From a virus: 64,000 nucleotides of DNA. The stretch is from IMG/VR virus record IMGVR_UViG_3300042374_001687, positions 1-64,000 of that record. One strand, written 5' to 3'. Positions 18,527 through 27,409 of this stretch are shown piece after piece. The translations under genes and the position numbers were made by a program. Under the pieces are notes generated by a model. The model had not been told where the DNA came from. It saw only the letters and a program-made list of their open reading frames with translations, and did not search any database. Position 1 is the first letter of the stretch; each line of letters begins with the position of its first letter.

Positions 18527-19714
18527 ATGTTTGATTTGACTTTGTGCGTCCTCGCCACATCTAAAAACGAAAAGGCTCTCCGTCAGTTCATTGAAATAGG
18601 AAGAACGAAAAGTTCAAGGAAAATAAAGACAGTTTTCTTGGCGGACATCAACGACGAGAAGCCAGAATTCGTTCTAGATGATTGGGAGGCGATGGACTGC
18701 CCCTTGAGTTGCAGATTCGCCAACTATCTCTGTTCATCAAAGATTGATTCAAAGTGGCTCTTGCAAGTTGACGACGACTCTTGCACCGATCTGGATAGAA
18801 CTTTGGATGTAATAAATGGATTATATGACCACCAAGATCCGGTGATAATCGCAGGCTCAAGTATTTATCTAATCGGATCTGGCGAAAACAGAACGCACAT
18901 GTCCGTGTTCATGGAGGACAATATAAAGGAAGTGCTGCACGAAATGGGCGTGAAACACTTGTTCCCCGGGGTTGAGGATCCCAACAAATTTGATCTTATG
19001 CCGCACTTCAGGCACTCGTGGGAATCCAGCATGATTTCCTCGGCCGGAGCCAGAAAAATATCAATGTGCGAAAGTGCGAGGGAATTTCTAAGGTGCTGCC
19101 ATTCAAAGCCTCCTTTTTATGGTGACCAAGTGCCCTATGTGGCTGCTAAACTTTCCAAGGTTCCCGTTTCCGAATGCTCTATATTCTGCCCATTTCCGAT
19201 TGCGGCTAGATACACTGGCATAAACAGAAACGGAATTTACACGCATATACACCATGTCGTGGACTATTGGGACGAGCTGGACAATTTCAAGAAAATTCTT
19301 GCGTCAGGGGCAATTTTTGATAATGAAAAAGAGGCGGGCGAATCGCTAAGGAATTCGTCAATAGATGATGGACACTGGTATCTGACGGAGCTCAAGAACG
19401 GCCAGAAAGTAATTTTGGACATAATGAAGACCAAATCCGACGGTTCGGTAGAGTTTCAAAATAGAAACAATGCAAGATGGCTTCAGAATGGATCCTCTAT
19501 CTTTCTTGGGGAAAATGACGGGGGATGGGGGGTGGAGTTTGCCAAGATCGGCGAGGGCTTATACGAGAGCAATCATTCCGAATCCAATTATTTCATGGAG
19601 AGGATGGATGTGATATCGCTGATAGGGTTGGTGGGCAACAAGAGGAAGCTTCAGCGCGAAGGAAATACAAATTCGCCCTTCGGCAGCATAACGCCGGGAG
19701 GAAGACACCAATAA
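18527..19714 (+). CDS. Fringe/GT31-like glycosyltransferase candidate
   Basis: KWLLQVDDD...YDHQDP pattern. Confidence 0.45.
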   Translation: MFDLTLCVLATSKNEKALRQFIEIGRTKSSRKIKTVFLADINDEKPEFVLDDWEAMDCPLSCRFANYLCSSKIDSKWLLQVDDDSCTDLDRTLDVINGLYDHQDPVIIAGSSIYLIGSGENRTHMSVFMEDNIKEVLHEMGVKHLFPGVEDPNKFDLMPHFRHSWESSMISSAGARKISMCESAREFLRCCHSKPPFYGDQVPYVAAKLSKVPVSECSIFCPFPIAARYTGINRNGIYTHIHHVVDYWDELDNFKKILASGAIFDNEKEAGESLRNSSIDDGHWYLTELKNGQKVILDIMKTKSDGSVEFQNRNNARWLQNGSSIFLGENDGGWGVEFAKIGEGLYESNHSESNYFMERMDVISLIGLVGNKRKLQREGNTNSPFGSITPGGRHQ

Positions 19715-20340
19715 TCCCAGTCATTGCTTTTCAAGTCGGAGGTTTGATACATGAGATCTTGAAATTCCATGTTCAATCTTGTTCTTTCAATAATATTCTT
19801 GATCTCCTCCTTGCTCCTTCCGTCTCTAAGTTCTTTTCTTACATATTTTTTCATGGCCAAGGAGCACACTAAGGGATCCCTCCAGAATGTGTCGAATAAA
19901 TTGAAGTAAAGTTGCTTGCACTGGTCGGCAACCGTTGTGGCCGGTGGCTGTTTGACATCGCAGTAAAGTTCTGCCGCGATATCTATTTTGCACTTTATTT
20001 CGCACACGCTAAATTTTTCGGAATAGATTATGTCGTAGCCCTTGGGGAATCTTAGTTCCGGCTCCAGGAACCATATAGATGGCATTTCGCCTTCTATGTC
20101 AATATGCATGTACTCTTCATAGAGTTCCCTTGATTTCAGTGCAATTTCTAGGTCTGGGTCGTCAAAGTGCTGCTCAAGGTGAGGAATGGCAGCGTATCCT
20201 GCGTTTCTTATGCAACGTGCAGAATTTTCTCTTTCAGCATAGGATTTGCTTCCGAGCTTGGAAATCAAAACATTAATTTCTTCGGCATTTGAAGAGCCGA
20301 ACAGAGTGATGGCTGTTAAAAAGAACAACCATTTAATCAC
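19651..20340 (-). CDS. Exported protein with HEAT-like N-terminal repeat
   Basis: GTG 20340 coupled to the upstream stop; signal peptide; LISKLGSKSYAERE...AIPHL...DLEI. Confidence 0.6.
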   Translation of the reverse strand: MIKWLFFLTAITLFGSSNAEEINVLISKLGSKSYAERENSARCIRNAGYAAIPHLEQHFDDPDLEIALKSRELYEEYMHIDIEGEMPSIWFLEPELRFPKGYDIIYSEKFSVCEIKCKIDIAAELYCDVKQPPATTVADQCKQLYFNLFDTFWRDPLVCSLAMKKYVRKELRDGRSKEEIKNIIERTRLNMEFQDLMYQTSDLKSNDWDYWCLPPGVMLPKGEFVFPSR

Positions 20341-20432
20341 TTTTTGCAGGAACATCCCTCGCACTTGCAGTCCTTGCATCTGCATTTCTCGCATTTTCCC
20401 CTTACGCACGGAACGCACTTGCACTTGCACAT
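20337..20432 (-). CDS. Metallothionein-like peptide, 31 aa with 11 Cys (not in ORF track)
   Basis: MCKCKCVPCVRGKCEKCRCKDCKCEGCSCKK; GGAGG RBS; TAAATA upstream. Confidence 0.8.
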   Translation of the reverse strand: MCKCKCVPCVRGKCEKCRCKDCKCEGCSCKK

Positions 20433-20497
20433 GTTGGCCTCCTGTTTTGAAATATTTAGTACGCTCAATAATCAATTTGAAATAGCGTATATAGGAT

Positions 20498-20911
20498 ATG
20501 ATTACTTTTGGAAAATTTATGGAAATAGCTGTCAATGCAGACGCTATGAATCTGATCAAGCCACAGGCTGGGTCGTTGAGGTCTTCTTCCAAAATCAAGC
20601 CGGATGAAAGTGGTTTCAGCATAATACCCATAAGGCTTGGATACTCAACATACAATGTATTTAAAAGGTACATAACTCCCAGGTATGAACTGGCTGGGAA
20701 TCTCTTGAGCCGGCGGGGCGAAAGCGTTGATTTTGTCACCGTTAAGGCATCGAACGAGGAGCTCGCAAACTTGAAAGAGCTCGCGGAGCATATTATTAAA
20801 AATCCAAACGGCGGCCAATTCGGGTGGAAGGAGGGCGAGGTCAGGACGGCCCAGGCCACAATAAAGGCGATAGAGGATTCAATGTTGGCATCAGCCGGAT
20901 CTAGAACTTAA
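20498..20911 (+). CDS. Hypothetical protein with CTS-like start
   Basis: MITFGKFME; TATATA 4 nt upstream. Confidence 0.6.
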   Translation: MITFGKFMEIAVNADAMNLIKPQAGSLRSSSKIKPDESGFSIIPIRLGYSTYNVFKRYITPRYELAGNLLSRRGESVDFVTVKASNEELANLKELAEHIIKNPNGGQFGWKEGEVRTAQATIKAIEDSMLASAGSRT

Positions 20912-21935
20912 TCTGCTTAAACAAGGCCTCCAGCACAGGAACGGCTATACTATTTCCTGCGACATGGTAGAAGAAGGTTGGTTTGATTTTTTTGCTAAAC
21001 ATGTGTTCTTTGGCCTTCTGATAGTCCTCGTCACTGAAACCCATCAGAAGCATGGACTCCTTGGGGGACATGAGCCTCACATTATCAATGTTGAATCCAA
21101 ATTTCTTTTTTCTAATTTGTTCTATAGACAAATTTTTGGAGTTTTCTCTGAGGGGGTAGTTGTCTTCCAACTCGGAGCAATACAGAACAGCTCCGAAGTT
21201 TCCCGGGTGGCTCCCTTGCGTGGTGAGGGCGTGAACTGAACTGTTCTTCCCATATATCCTATTCGTACTGTTTGTGGACTGGGTGTTGTTTATCGTCTTC
21301 CATATTCTTAGCGCCATGTCCTCGCAACCGAAATAAAGGGTTTTTCCAAACTCCTTCTTGACCTCATCCTCAGACGTCATGAACTCAGCCAGCCGAGATT
21401 TCTTAGACGACTCTGGGAATTTAAATTCCTCATCCAACGACGATACGACAAAGACTCGCTCTCTCTTTTGGGGAAGCCCGAAGTCTTCCGCGTTCACAAC
21501 CTTCCAAGAATTCTTGTAGCCCAGGGACTGCAAGGTTCCCAGCCACAACTTGAAATTGCTCAAATGCTTTGGGGAAGCAAGCTGCTTCACATTCTCAAGC
21601 ACAAGATTTCTAGGAAGGATCTTTGAAGAACGAAGCAGTCTTTCGACTTCCCACAGAAGGCTAGATCTCGTTCCGGAGTCCTTTTTCAATCCCTTTCTGT
21701 TTCCGAGTATTGATAAGTCTTGGCATGGGAATGAGTAGGTCAAAAGATCACACTCGGGCAGTTTCGAAACCTTAGTAATGTCCCCAAGATTTGCCGTCTG
21801 CCCGTGTATGGCCTCATACACGGAATGCGTTCTTTTATCAACCTCGCAAGCGATGGCTTCATGCTGTACGCCGATGTTCCTAAGGGCCTTTGATTGGGCT
21901 CCTATTCCCGAGAACAATTCAATTAATTTTACCAT
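20901..21935 (-). CDS. DNA (cytosine-5)-methyltransferase
   Basis: ELFSGIG, SFPCQ, ENV, PQKRER, GNSI. Confidence 0.92.
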   Translation of the reverse strand: MVKLIELFSGIGAQSKALRNIGVQHEAIACEVDKRTHSVYEAIHGQTANLGDITKVSKLPECDLLTYSFPCQDLSILGNRKGLKKDSGTRSSLLWEVERLLRSSKILPRNLVLENVKQLASPKHLSNFKLWLGTLQSLGYKNSWKVVNAEDFGLPQKRERVFVVSSLDEEFKFPESSKKSRLAEFMTSEDEVKKEFGKTLYFGCEDMALRIWKTINNTQSTNSTNRIYGKNSSVHALTTQGSHPGNFGAVLYCSELEDNYPLRENSKNLSIEQIRKKKFGFNIDNVRLMSPKESMLLMGFSDEDYQKAKEHMFSKKIKPTFFYHVAGNSIAVPVLEALFKQIKF

Positions 21936-22653
21936 TCTTTTGATAATCGCACAATTCGTGAAGGTTATATAAATTGACAATCTCTTTAGATGGAATCTTT
22001 ATGTCGCCGCGCATGAAGAGCCATCCCGACCTTATCTTGTGAACGCCTGAGGCTTTCAAGGTAGCGGAGTTAGTAATCTTGGATCCTTCCTTCACTGGTT
22101 TTTTTGAGACATTCCAGTCCGAACTGTTAAGCGAATTGGTAAAGAAGGCTCCTATGATTTCCGGAATGCCGTCGTCATGCCTCCATTGAACAGTCAAGAT
22201 TGTCGTTGTCTGGTCATGGTGCGAGGAGGGCTTGACCTTTGTAAATTCGCCCTTTTCAGTAAGGCACGCCTTGGTATCAAAACCCCCTCGGAAAATATCC
22301 TTGGTCGGTTCGGAAAACCAAGACGAACTTTCTTCGACGATTGGTATAAAGTCAGGACTCCCGGATTCATGTGGGTTTTTCCCTAGTCTTCCATTCAAAA
22401 GAAGCGAATAACTTCTCCCCAAGCATTCTCCAACCGCACCGCTGAGATTTTTCTTTGGAATGTTGGCGAGGAGACTTATCGGACGATCCTTGTTGAAATT
22501 GACCTCTTTCTTGATCTCAGAATTCGCCAGTTTTGCTGCGTCGATCAATATGTTTATGTCTATAACCCAAGTTTCGTCGTTGTTATCTGCGTAATATGCA
22601 AGATCTTGAGTCGTAAGGTTTTTATTTGTTATATATTTATGGCCGTCTTCCAT
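21919..22653 (-). CDS. Putative type II restriction-like PD-(D/E)xK endonuclease
   Basis: GSPDF...GFDTK; overlaps the MTase start. Confidence 0.55.
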   Translation of the reverse strand: MEDGHKYITNKNLTTQDLAYYADNNDETWVIDINILIDAAKLANSEIKKEVNFNKDRPISLLANIPKKNLSGAVGECLGRSYSLLLNGRLGKNPHESGSPDFIPIVEESSSWFSEPTKDIFRGGFDTKACLTEKGEFTKVKPSSHHDQTTTILTVQWRHDDGIPEIIGAFFTNSLNSSDWNVSKKPVKEGSKITNSATLKASGVHKIRSGWLFMRGDIKIPSKEIVNLYNLHELCDYQKNGKIN

Positions 22654-22744
22654 CTCTGTAGTAATCTTTCGTTCATGAGAGGCCTTAAAATAATAGATTA
22701 CTATAGATAAAGCAATACCAGTTTTTCGTTACTATGCTAGATTT

Positions 22745-23206
22745 ATGAATCTAAGAGAAATGACCTCCATTTTGGAGGAGAATCCGCTTCGTAAGGTCGA
22801 GTTTGTAATAAACAGCGAGAGGGTTCCTGGGCACTTCCACATAACCGAGGTGGGAAGAGTCTCCAAAATTTTTATAGATTGTGGCGGCAAGAGGAGGGAT
22901 TCTTTAAAATGCGTCTTGCAGGTTTGGGTCGCGGATGATATAAATCACAAAATAGACGCAAGCAAGATGATGAAAATTTTACAATTTTCAGACAATATTT
23001 TTGAAAAATGGGAAAATCCGGAAGTCCAAGTAGAGTACGAAAAGGGCGTCGTTTCGCAATATCCCGTGAACGGGTTTGACATATCAAAGGATGAAATAAG
23101 GTTCCATTTGGGCTTCACACATACTGCTTGTCTAGCACCCGAGAAATGCGGTGGTGGATGTTCGCCTACAAACATTGTGGATCTTAGGAGGGGAGATGGT
23201 CGATAG
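22745..23206 (+). CDS. DUF6428-like protein
   Basis: HFHITEVG...FIDCGG, LQVW, VEYE, TACLA..KC. Confidence 0.8.
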   Translation: MNLREMTSILEENPLRKVEFVINSERVPGHFHITEVGRVSKIFIDCGGKRRDSLKCVLQVWVADDINHKIDASKMMKILQFSDNIFEKWENPEVQVEYEKGVVSQYPVNGFDISKDEIRFHLGFTHTACLAPEKCGGGCSPTNIVDLRRGDGR

Positions 23207-23291
23207 AGAAAAATTCATTCCCTTCAAGCCTCTGATAATTTTTGTATTTGCTATGTTTTTGCTATTTCTTCTGATGGAGATCTTGAAGTGA
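23196..23291 (+). CDS. 31-aa single-TM small protein
   Basis: MVDREKFIPFKPLIIFVFAMFLLFLLMEILK; GGAGG RBS; stop overlaps the next GTG. Confidence 0.55.
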   Translation: MVDREKFIPFKPLIIFVFAMFLLFLLMEILK

Positions 23292-23713
23292 AGGTCGTAT
23301 TTCTTGATGTAGACGGGGTCTTGAACAACTACAGCCTTTTGTACAACTATGGTTATGACTACATAGATGAAGATGTGGTTGACCTTTTGGGCCAGATAGT
23401 TAGAGAGACCGGATCCGAAATAGTTCTGACTTCCACATGGAGATTAGAAAACTACAGCAAGAAAATCGTTGAGGAAGCCCTAATTAGAAAGAAAATGACA
23501 CTTTTAGACTCCACAATCAGCATCAAGGGGAAAAAGAGGGCGGAAGAAATAAAAGAATGGCTGGGGCGGCACAAGGTCAAGAAGTACGCGATAATAGATG
23601 ACACAGAGGATGCCGGGGTTGGTTTTGGAAAGAATTTTTTCCAAACTGACGCTGAAATAGGTTTAACCGGAGATCTGGCGAGAAAAATAATAAAACACTT
23701 GGGGGCATCTTGA
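23288..23713 (+). CDS. HAD phosphatase, Swiss-Army-Knife RNA-repair type
   Basis: FLDVDGVLN, LTSTWR, RAEEI..W, AIIDD. Confidence 0.85.
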   Translation: MKVVFLDVDGVLNNYSLLYNYGYDYIDEDVVDLLGQIVRETGSEIVLTSTWRLENYSKKIVEEALIRKKMTLLDSTISIKGKKRAEEIKEWLGRHKVKKYAIIDDTEDAGVGFGKNFFQTDAEIGLTGDLARKIIKHLGAS

Positions 23714-23868
23714 AAAACACGGGCGTGAAGATCAAAGTCAACGATGGGGGCGATCACGGCTACCTCCTGCGGAGGCTCAATGCGGATGCGTACGAGGTTT
23801 GGCTAGAGCAGAAGGGCATTTTGGTTGTTCTTTCTCCGAAAGAATTCGTGGAGGTTGAAAATGAATAA
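23710..23868 (+). CDS. 52-aa small beta protein
   Basis: TTG-start ORF exactly filling the gap, overlapping both neighbours. Confidence 0.5.
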   Translation: MKNTGVKIKVNDGGDHGYLLRRLNADAYEVWLEQKGILVVLSPKEFVEVENE

Positions 23869-24826
23869 AAAGTTGGCGATTCTTTTTTTCTTTTTTCTTT
23901 CTGCCGCTGCGGCAGCACAGGAAAAAACCGGCATAGCCATAAACCCGGGAGTCAAGAATGTGGCGGCCTTGTTCACGATGACGGACGAGGGCGGAAGGCT
24001 CCGAAACTTGGAACTAATGGAAAGCATATTTGCCGACAAGTCCTTGGGATTTGAATCCGAGCGTCATCACAATGTCTCTTCTCCGTACATCTATTCAAGG
24101 ATGACACAGTTGGCTTCCGAGTTAGAAGACGGCGCGACACTTCTGCTTTATTTCAACAGTCACGGCGGAGGAAGCGGAGACAGGTTTGCAATGACAGCTC
24201 AGGGAGGTAGTTTTAAGTTCAGCAAGGCATTGGATGCTTTGAAAAAATCCAACAAGACTATAAGTCGTCTGATATTTCTAGTGGATACTTGTCACGCCGA
24301 GGGAAGCATACAAGATAGCCTCAAACAGGACGGAGAACTCCTTAAGAACATAAAGACGGCAAAGCCCACAAGTTTCCTTCCTGAACTTCCCTCTGCCTAC
24401 TCGAGGAACGAACTTCCTTTCTTGTCCGTCTTCTTGAATACGGCCGAGCAAATTGTCAACGGCAAAAAGGTCTTTGACGCACAGATAGACTACGGCGAGG
24501 ATTCCGGCGTTTACGACGAAATACTCATAATAAGTTCATCTAGCGTTGAGGATTTGTCTGTGCGGGGGGCGTTTGCCTCAAGGCTCGCATCCACATTCAA
24601 GTCAATAAAGAACGACCGGACGGTGACCGTCGGAGAGTTCCTCAAAAAGTTTGCCGAAAGCCACGGCCCCAGCGGCCAGCAACCTCACTACAAGATACTT
24701 CCAAACAACTCAATGTTTGGAGAACTTTTATTTGGGCCTTGGTTTGTTCAGACAATTCCGATAATAAATTTCGGAAAGCGCGAAGAGTTTGATATCAACT
24801 TCATTCCGGTACCTAATTCAAATTGA
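23861..24826 (+). CDS. Caspase-family (clan CD) protease with signal peptide
   Basis: LLYFNSHGG and FLVDTCHA His/Cys dyad; signal ending AAA-Q. Confidence 0.75.
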   Translation: MNKKLAILFFFFLSAAAAAQEKTGIAINPGVKNVAALFTMTDEGGRLRNLELMESIFADKSLGFESERHHNVSSPYIYSRMTQLASELEDGATLLLYFNSHGGGSGDRFAMTAQGGSFKFSKALDALKKSNKTISRLIFLVDTCHAEGSIQDSLKQDGELLKNIKTAKPTSFLPELPSAYSRNELPFLSVFLNTAEQIVNGKKVFDAQIDYGEDSGVYDEILIISSSSVEDLSVRGAFASRLASTFKSIKNDRTVTVGEFLKKFAESHGPSGQQPHYKILPNNSMFGELLFGPWFVQTIPIINFGKREEFDINFIPVPNSN

Positions 24827-24862
24827 CAATGAATCCCAAAACCCATTGGTCAATTGAGTCGC

Positions 24863-25498
24863 ATGAAATACAAAATTAAGAACATATGTCAAAATGTGAT
24901 CGCTCTAGTGGTGCCCGACGATTATGACAGGGCTATGCTTTTCTGTCGTGTCCAAGAGTTCTACGAGAGTCCTAACAAGAATTTTAAGAACAAGGGCTTC
25001 TCAATATGGGATTATTACCGTTGGTATAGCAAAGAACACTCCGGATGCTTCTCGTATGTCAAGGATTTTGTGGGATTCAATCTCCCGCTGATCGTGGCGA
25101 AGAAGTGCTACCAGATAAACGAGACAGAAACGCCGTATGATGTAGAAATGAAGCGAATAGTGGATGAACTATTTGTTTCCGGAGAAAGGAAGTATCTGAT
25201 CGGTGTGGACTGTTTGAAAAACTCAACATTTGATCACGAGTTGTGCCACGCCTTATACTATACGAACATGGACTACAAGATAGAGATGGACGAACTGACG
25301 GCATCCATCTCAAAAGTGAATCTCCAGAAGTTCAAAAAGAACTTGAAGTCAATTGGCTATTGCTCGGAAGTGATGAAGGACGAGATACAGGCATATATGG
25401 CCACCGAGGTAAGCAAAAAAGTTGCTAAAGGCATAGGCAACGCAAAATCACTTCACAAGAAATACAAGGCCGTATTCAAGAAGTACAGGTCGTCATAG
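24863..25498 (+). CDS. HExxH phage protein
   Basis: RVQEFYES, GFNLP, HELCHALY, DEIQAY. Confidence 0.6.
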   Translation: MKYKIKNICQNVIALVVPDDYDRAMLFCRVQEFYESPNKNFKNKGFSIWDYYRWYSKEHSGCFSYVKDFVGFNLPLIVAKKCYQINETETPYDVEMKRIVDELFVSGERKYLIGVDCLKNSTFDHELCHALYYTNMDYKIEMDELTASISKVNLQKFKKNLKSIGYCSEVMKDEIQAYMATEVSKKVAKGIGNAKSLHKKYKAVFKKYRSS

Positions 25499-26962
25499 TT
25501 CGCCAGCATAGTTATTCTTCATAAGATCCATGAGCGTATCATAAACATTTTTGGACGCCTTCAGTTTTGGAAAGAAGACTTTATCCACCCAGAACTTCTT
25601 TTCCTCCCCATTAACTGTCGCATGAACGATTCCGTCCGCCCTGTAGACTTTTATAGTTGCTGAGTTGTGTTGGGTTCCTTCCTCAATCTCTGACTCGTCC
25701 TTTTGGGCATCTTGGCTTAATTTGCTCTTTATGCCATTTATTATCTCCTTGGCGGCCTTTTGTATGTTTGCCCTCCTCGCTCTGATGTCGTCGCCCTTGG
25801 CCCTCCACATGGCGAGGTAGTTGCTCGTGTCCTTGGTCTCAAAGCCGAAGTGGCTGAGCACTATGAACGCTGTAGACTCGGCATCTATTTCCTTCTCCAT
25901 CTTGCTGGACTTCTTATCCTTGTCTTTCCAGTGAAGGATTTCGTGGGCCACCTCATGGACATATGTGCTAAATAGGTTTATGCCTTTAAATAGGTTGTTT
26001 ATGGCTACCTTTCCCCCCGCCGAATACCCTCCGAGTTCGGGATCTAGATCTTCATAGGAGACTTGTATATTTTGCTCCTTGACCCAGGCGTCAAGGGCGG
26101 CCATATACTGCTTGATTTCCTCAACATCCTCGTTTGAGTCAATGCTCCATTGTTTTCTTGAGACCGGCTCAAAGCTCTTGGGATGGCCGGGTATAGGTAC
26201 GGTTGAACTTACATCGTAGACTTTGACTGTTTTGAAGAACATTCTGCTCGGCTTTTTCTTTGCCTCGGGATCCATTTCCGAGACGGGCTCCGCCTTGTCT
26301 TTTGAGATTATGGGCATCAGTATTGATATTCCCGATCCAAAATCTCGCACCGTTCTTCCAAAATTCTGCTCCCATTGTTTGGCTCCCGCAACATGGGTTG
26401 CACGACCCCTGGTTTGTATCCAAATCAAGAACTGGTTGTGCATGCTGTAGTTGTAGAACTTTCCGGCGAATTCAAAGAAATTTCTTATGAATGCTTGCTT
26501 GGCCGCCTCGTCGGTGCTGTTGGCTATCCTTTCAATCATCCTCTCTATGCTGTCTATCAAGCTCTGGGTCTTGGGGTCGTCGGCGATGACGCTAGAGAGT
26601 TCTTGCTTCATCTGCTCCAGGTTCTGATCCACAGCTGGGGCTTCTGGCTGGTTTGCGGTCGGGGCCGAGGTCACGACTTGGCCACTTTCGTACCCGCTCA
26701 TGTCCACTCCAAGATCGGACAATCTTTTCTTCATCAAGTCATCGACCTTAGCAGAGAAGACGGAGTATGTTCCGCTTGGCGCAAAGTATCGGAAGCCCAT
26801 TTTTTTGAGTTCGTCCTTGAAGGAGAACATGAGATCTCTTTCTTCCTTGTCTGTTCCGTAAAGCACGAGGAAACTGTTGGCCGGATTCTTGGGACTTATG
26901 TCCTTTCTTGTCCTGACCCTTTTTTGCTGCTCTTCTGAGAATAGCCAAAGTGAAAAATTCAT
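25493..26962 (-). CDS. ArdC-like ssDNA-binding domain + M78 (ImmA/IrrE-like) zincin; CTS-like start
   Basis: YNYSMHNQFLI..Q, VAG..QW...GR.V, F..VKVYDVS.T; HEVAHE, EIDAES.AF, YLAMW. Confidence 0.85.
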   Translation of the reverse strand: MNFSLWLFSEEQQKRVRTRKDISPKNPANSFLVLYGTDKEERDLMFSFKDELKKMGFRYFAPSGTYSVFSAKVDDLMKKRLSDLGVDMSGYESGQVVTSAPTANQPEAPAVDQNLEQMKQELSSVIADDPKTQSLIDSIERMIERIANSTDEAAKQAFIRNFFEFAGKFYNYSMHNQFLIWIQTRGRATHVAGAKQWEQNFGRTVRDFGSGISILMPIISKDKAEPVSEMDPEAKKKPSRMFFKTVKVYDVSSTVPIPGHPKSFEPVSRKQWSIDSNEDVEEIKQYMAALDAWVKEQNIQVSYEDLDPELGGYSAGGKVAINNLFKGINLFSTYVHEVAHEILHWKDKDKKSSKMEKEIDAESTAFIVLSHFGFETKDTSNYLAMWRAKGDDIRARRANIQKAAKEIINGIKSKLSQDAQKDESEIEEGTQHNSATIKVYRADGIVHATVNGEEKKFWVDKVFFPKLKASKNVYDTLMDLMKNNYAGEL

Positions 26963-26988
26963 GGTGGTATGTAAATTCATGATTAAAT

Positions 26989-27078
26989 TCACTCGCAATG
27001 ACTTCTGCCGCTATCTACATTGCAATTTGACGAGCATGGCTTTCCTGTTAGGCTACTAAAAATCGGTTGGCCTGTCAT
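26989..27078 (-). CDS. 29-aa small ORF with 3 Cys
   Basis: MTGQPIFSSLTGKPCSSNCNVDSGRSHCE; AAGGGG RBS; TATATA at 27112. Confidence 0.35.
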   Translation of the reverse strand: MTGQPIFSSLTGKPCSSNCNVDSGRSHCE

Positions 27079-27156
27079 TATTTCATCCCCTTAATTTATT
27101 TTTACGCCGCTTATATAGATATTGACTTTTAATCAGAAATTTTTTGGAGTTATAAT

Positions 27157-27378
27157 ATGCGATTTTCATCGTGGCTGGGTGAAAGGATGCTCAGCGAGAG
27201 GAAGGTAGGATCCAAGCCGGTGCAGATGCCCAAACAGACCACGAATGTGGTCAAACTTTCGGAACCGAGCCCCCAGAGGGAAAGGTCTGGGAGGAGGGAT
27301 ACCGCATTCAAATCGGCGAAGGAAAAAGGAACTAGGGGATCCAAAAACAGGTCGGCTATAGACCAGTCCCGAGATTGA
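27157..27378 (+). CDS. Small basic protein with CTS-like start
   Basis: MRFSSWLGE; GGAG RBS. Confidence 0.65.
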   Translation: MRFSSWLGERMLSERKVGSKPVQMPKQTTNVVKLSEPSPQRERSGRRDTAFKSAKEKGTRGSKNRSAIDQSRD

Positions 27379-27409
27379 TGTTTTAAAGGCAATATGATAT
27401 ATTGCCATC

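Noticed and set aside
19651-20859. 402-aa track ORF
   Set aside because: The N-terminal half is antisense to 20498-20911 and out of frame with the metallothionein-like gene. The real start is probably GTG 20340.
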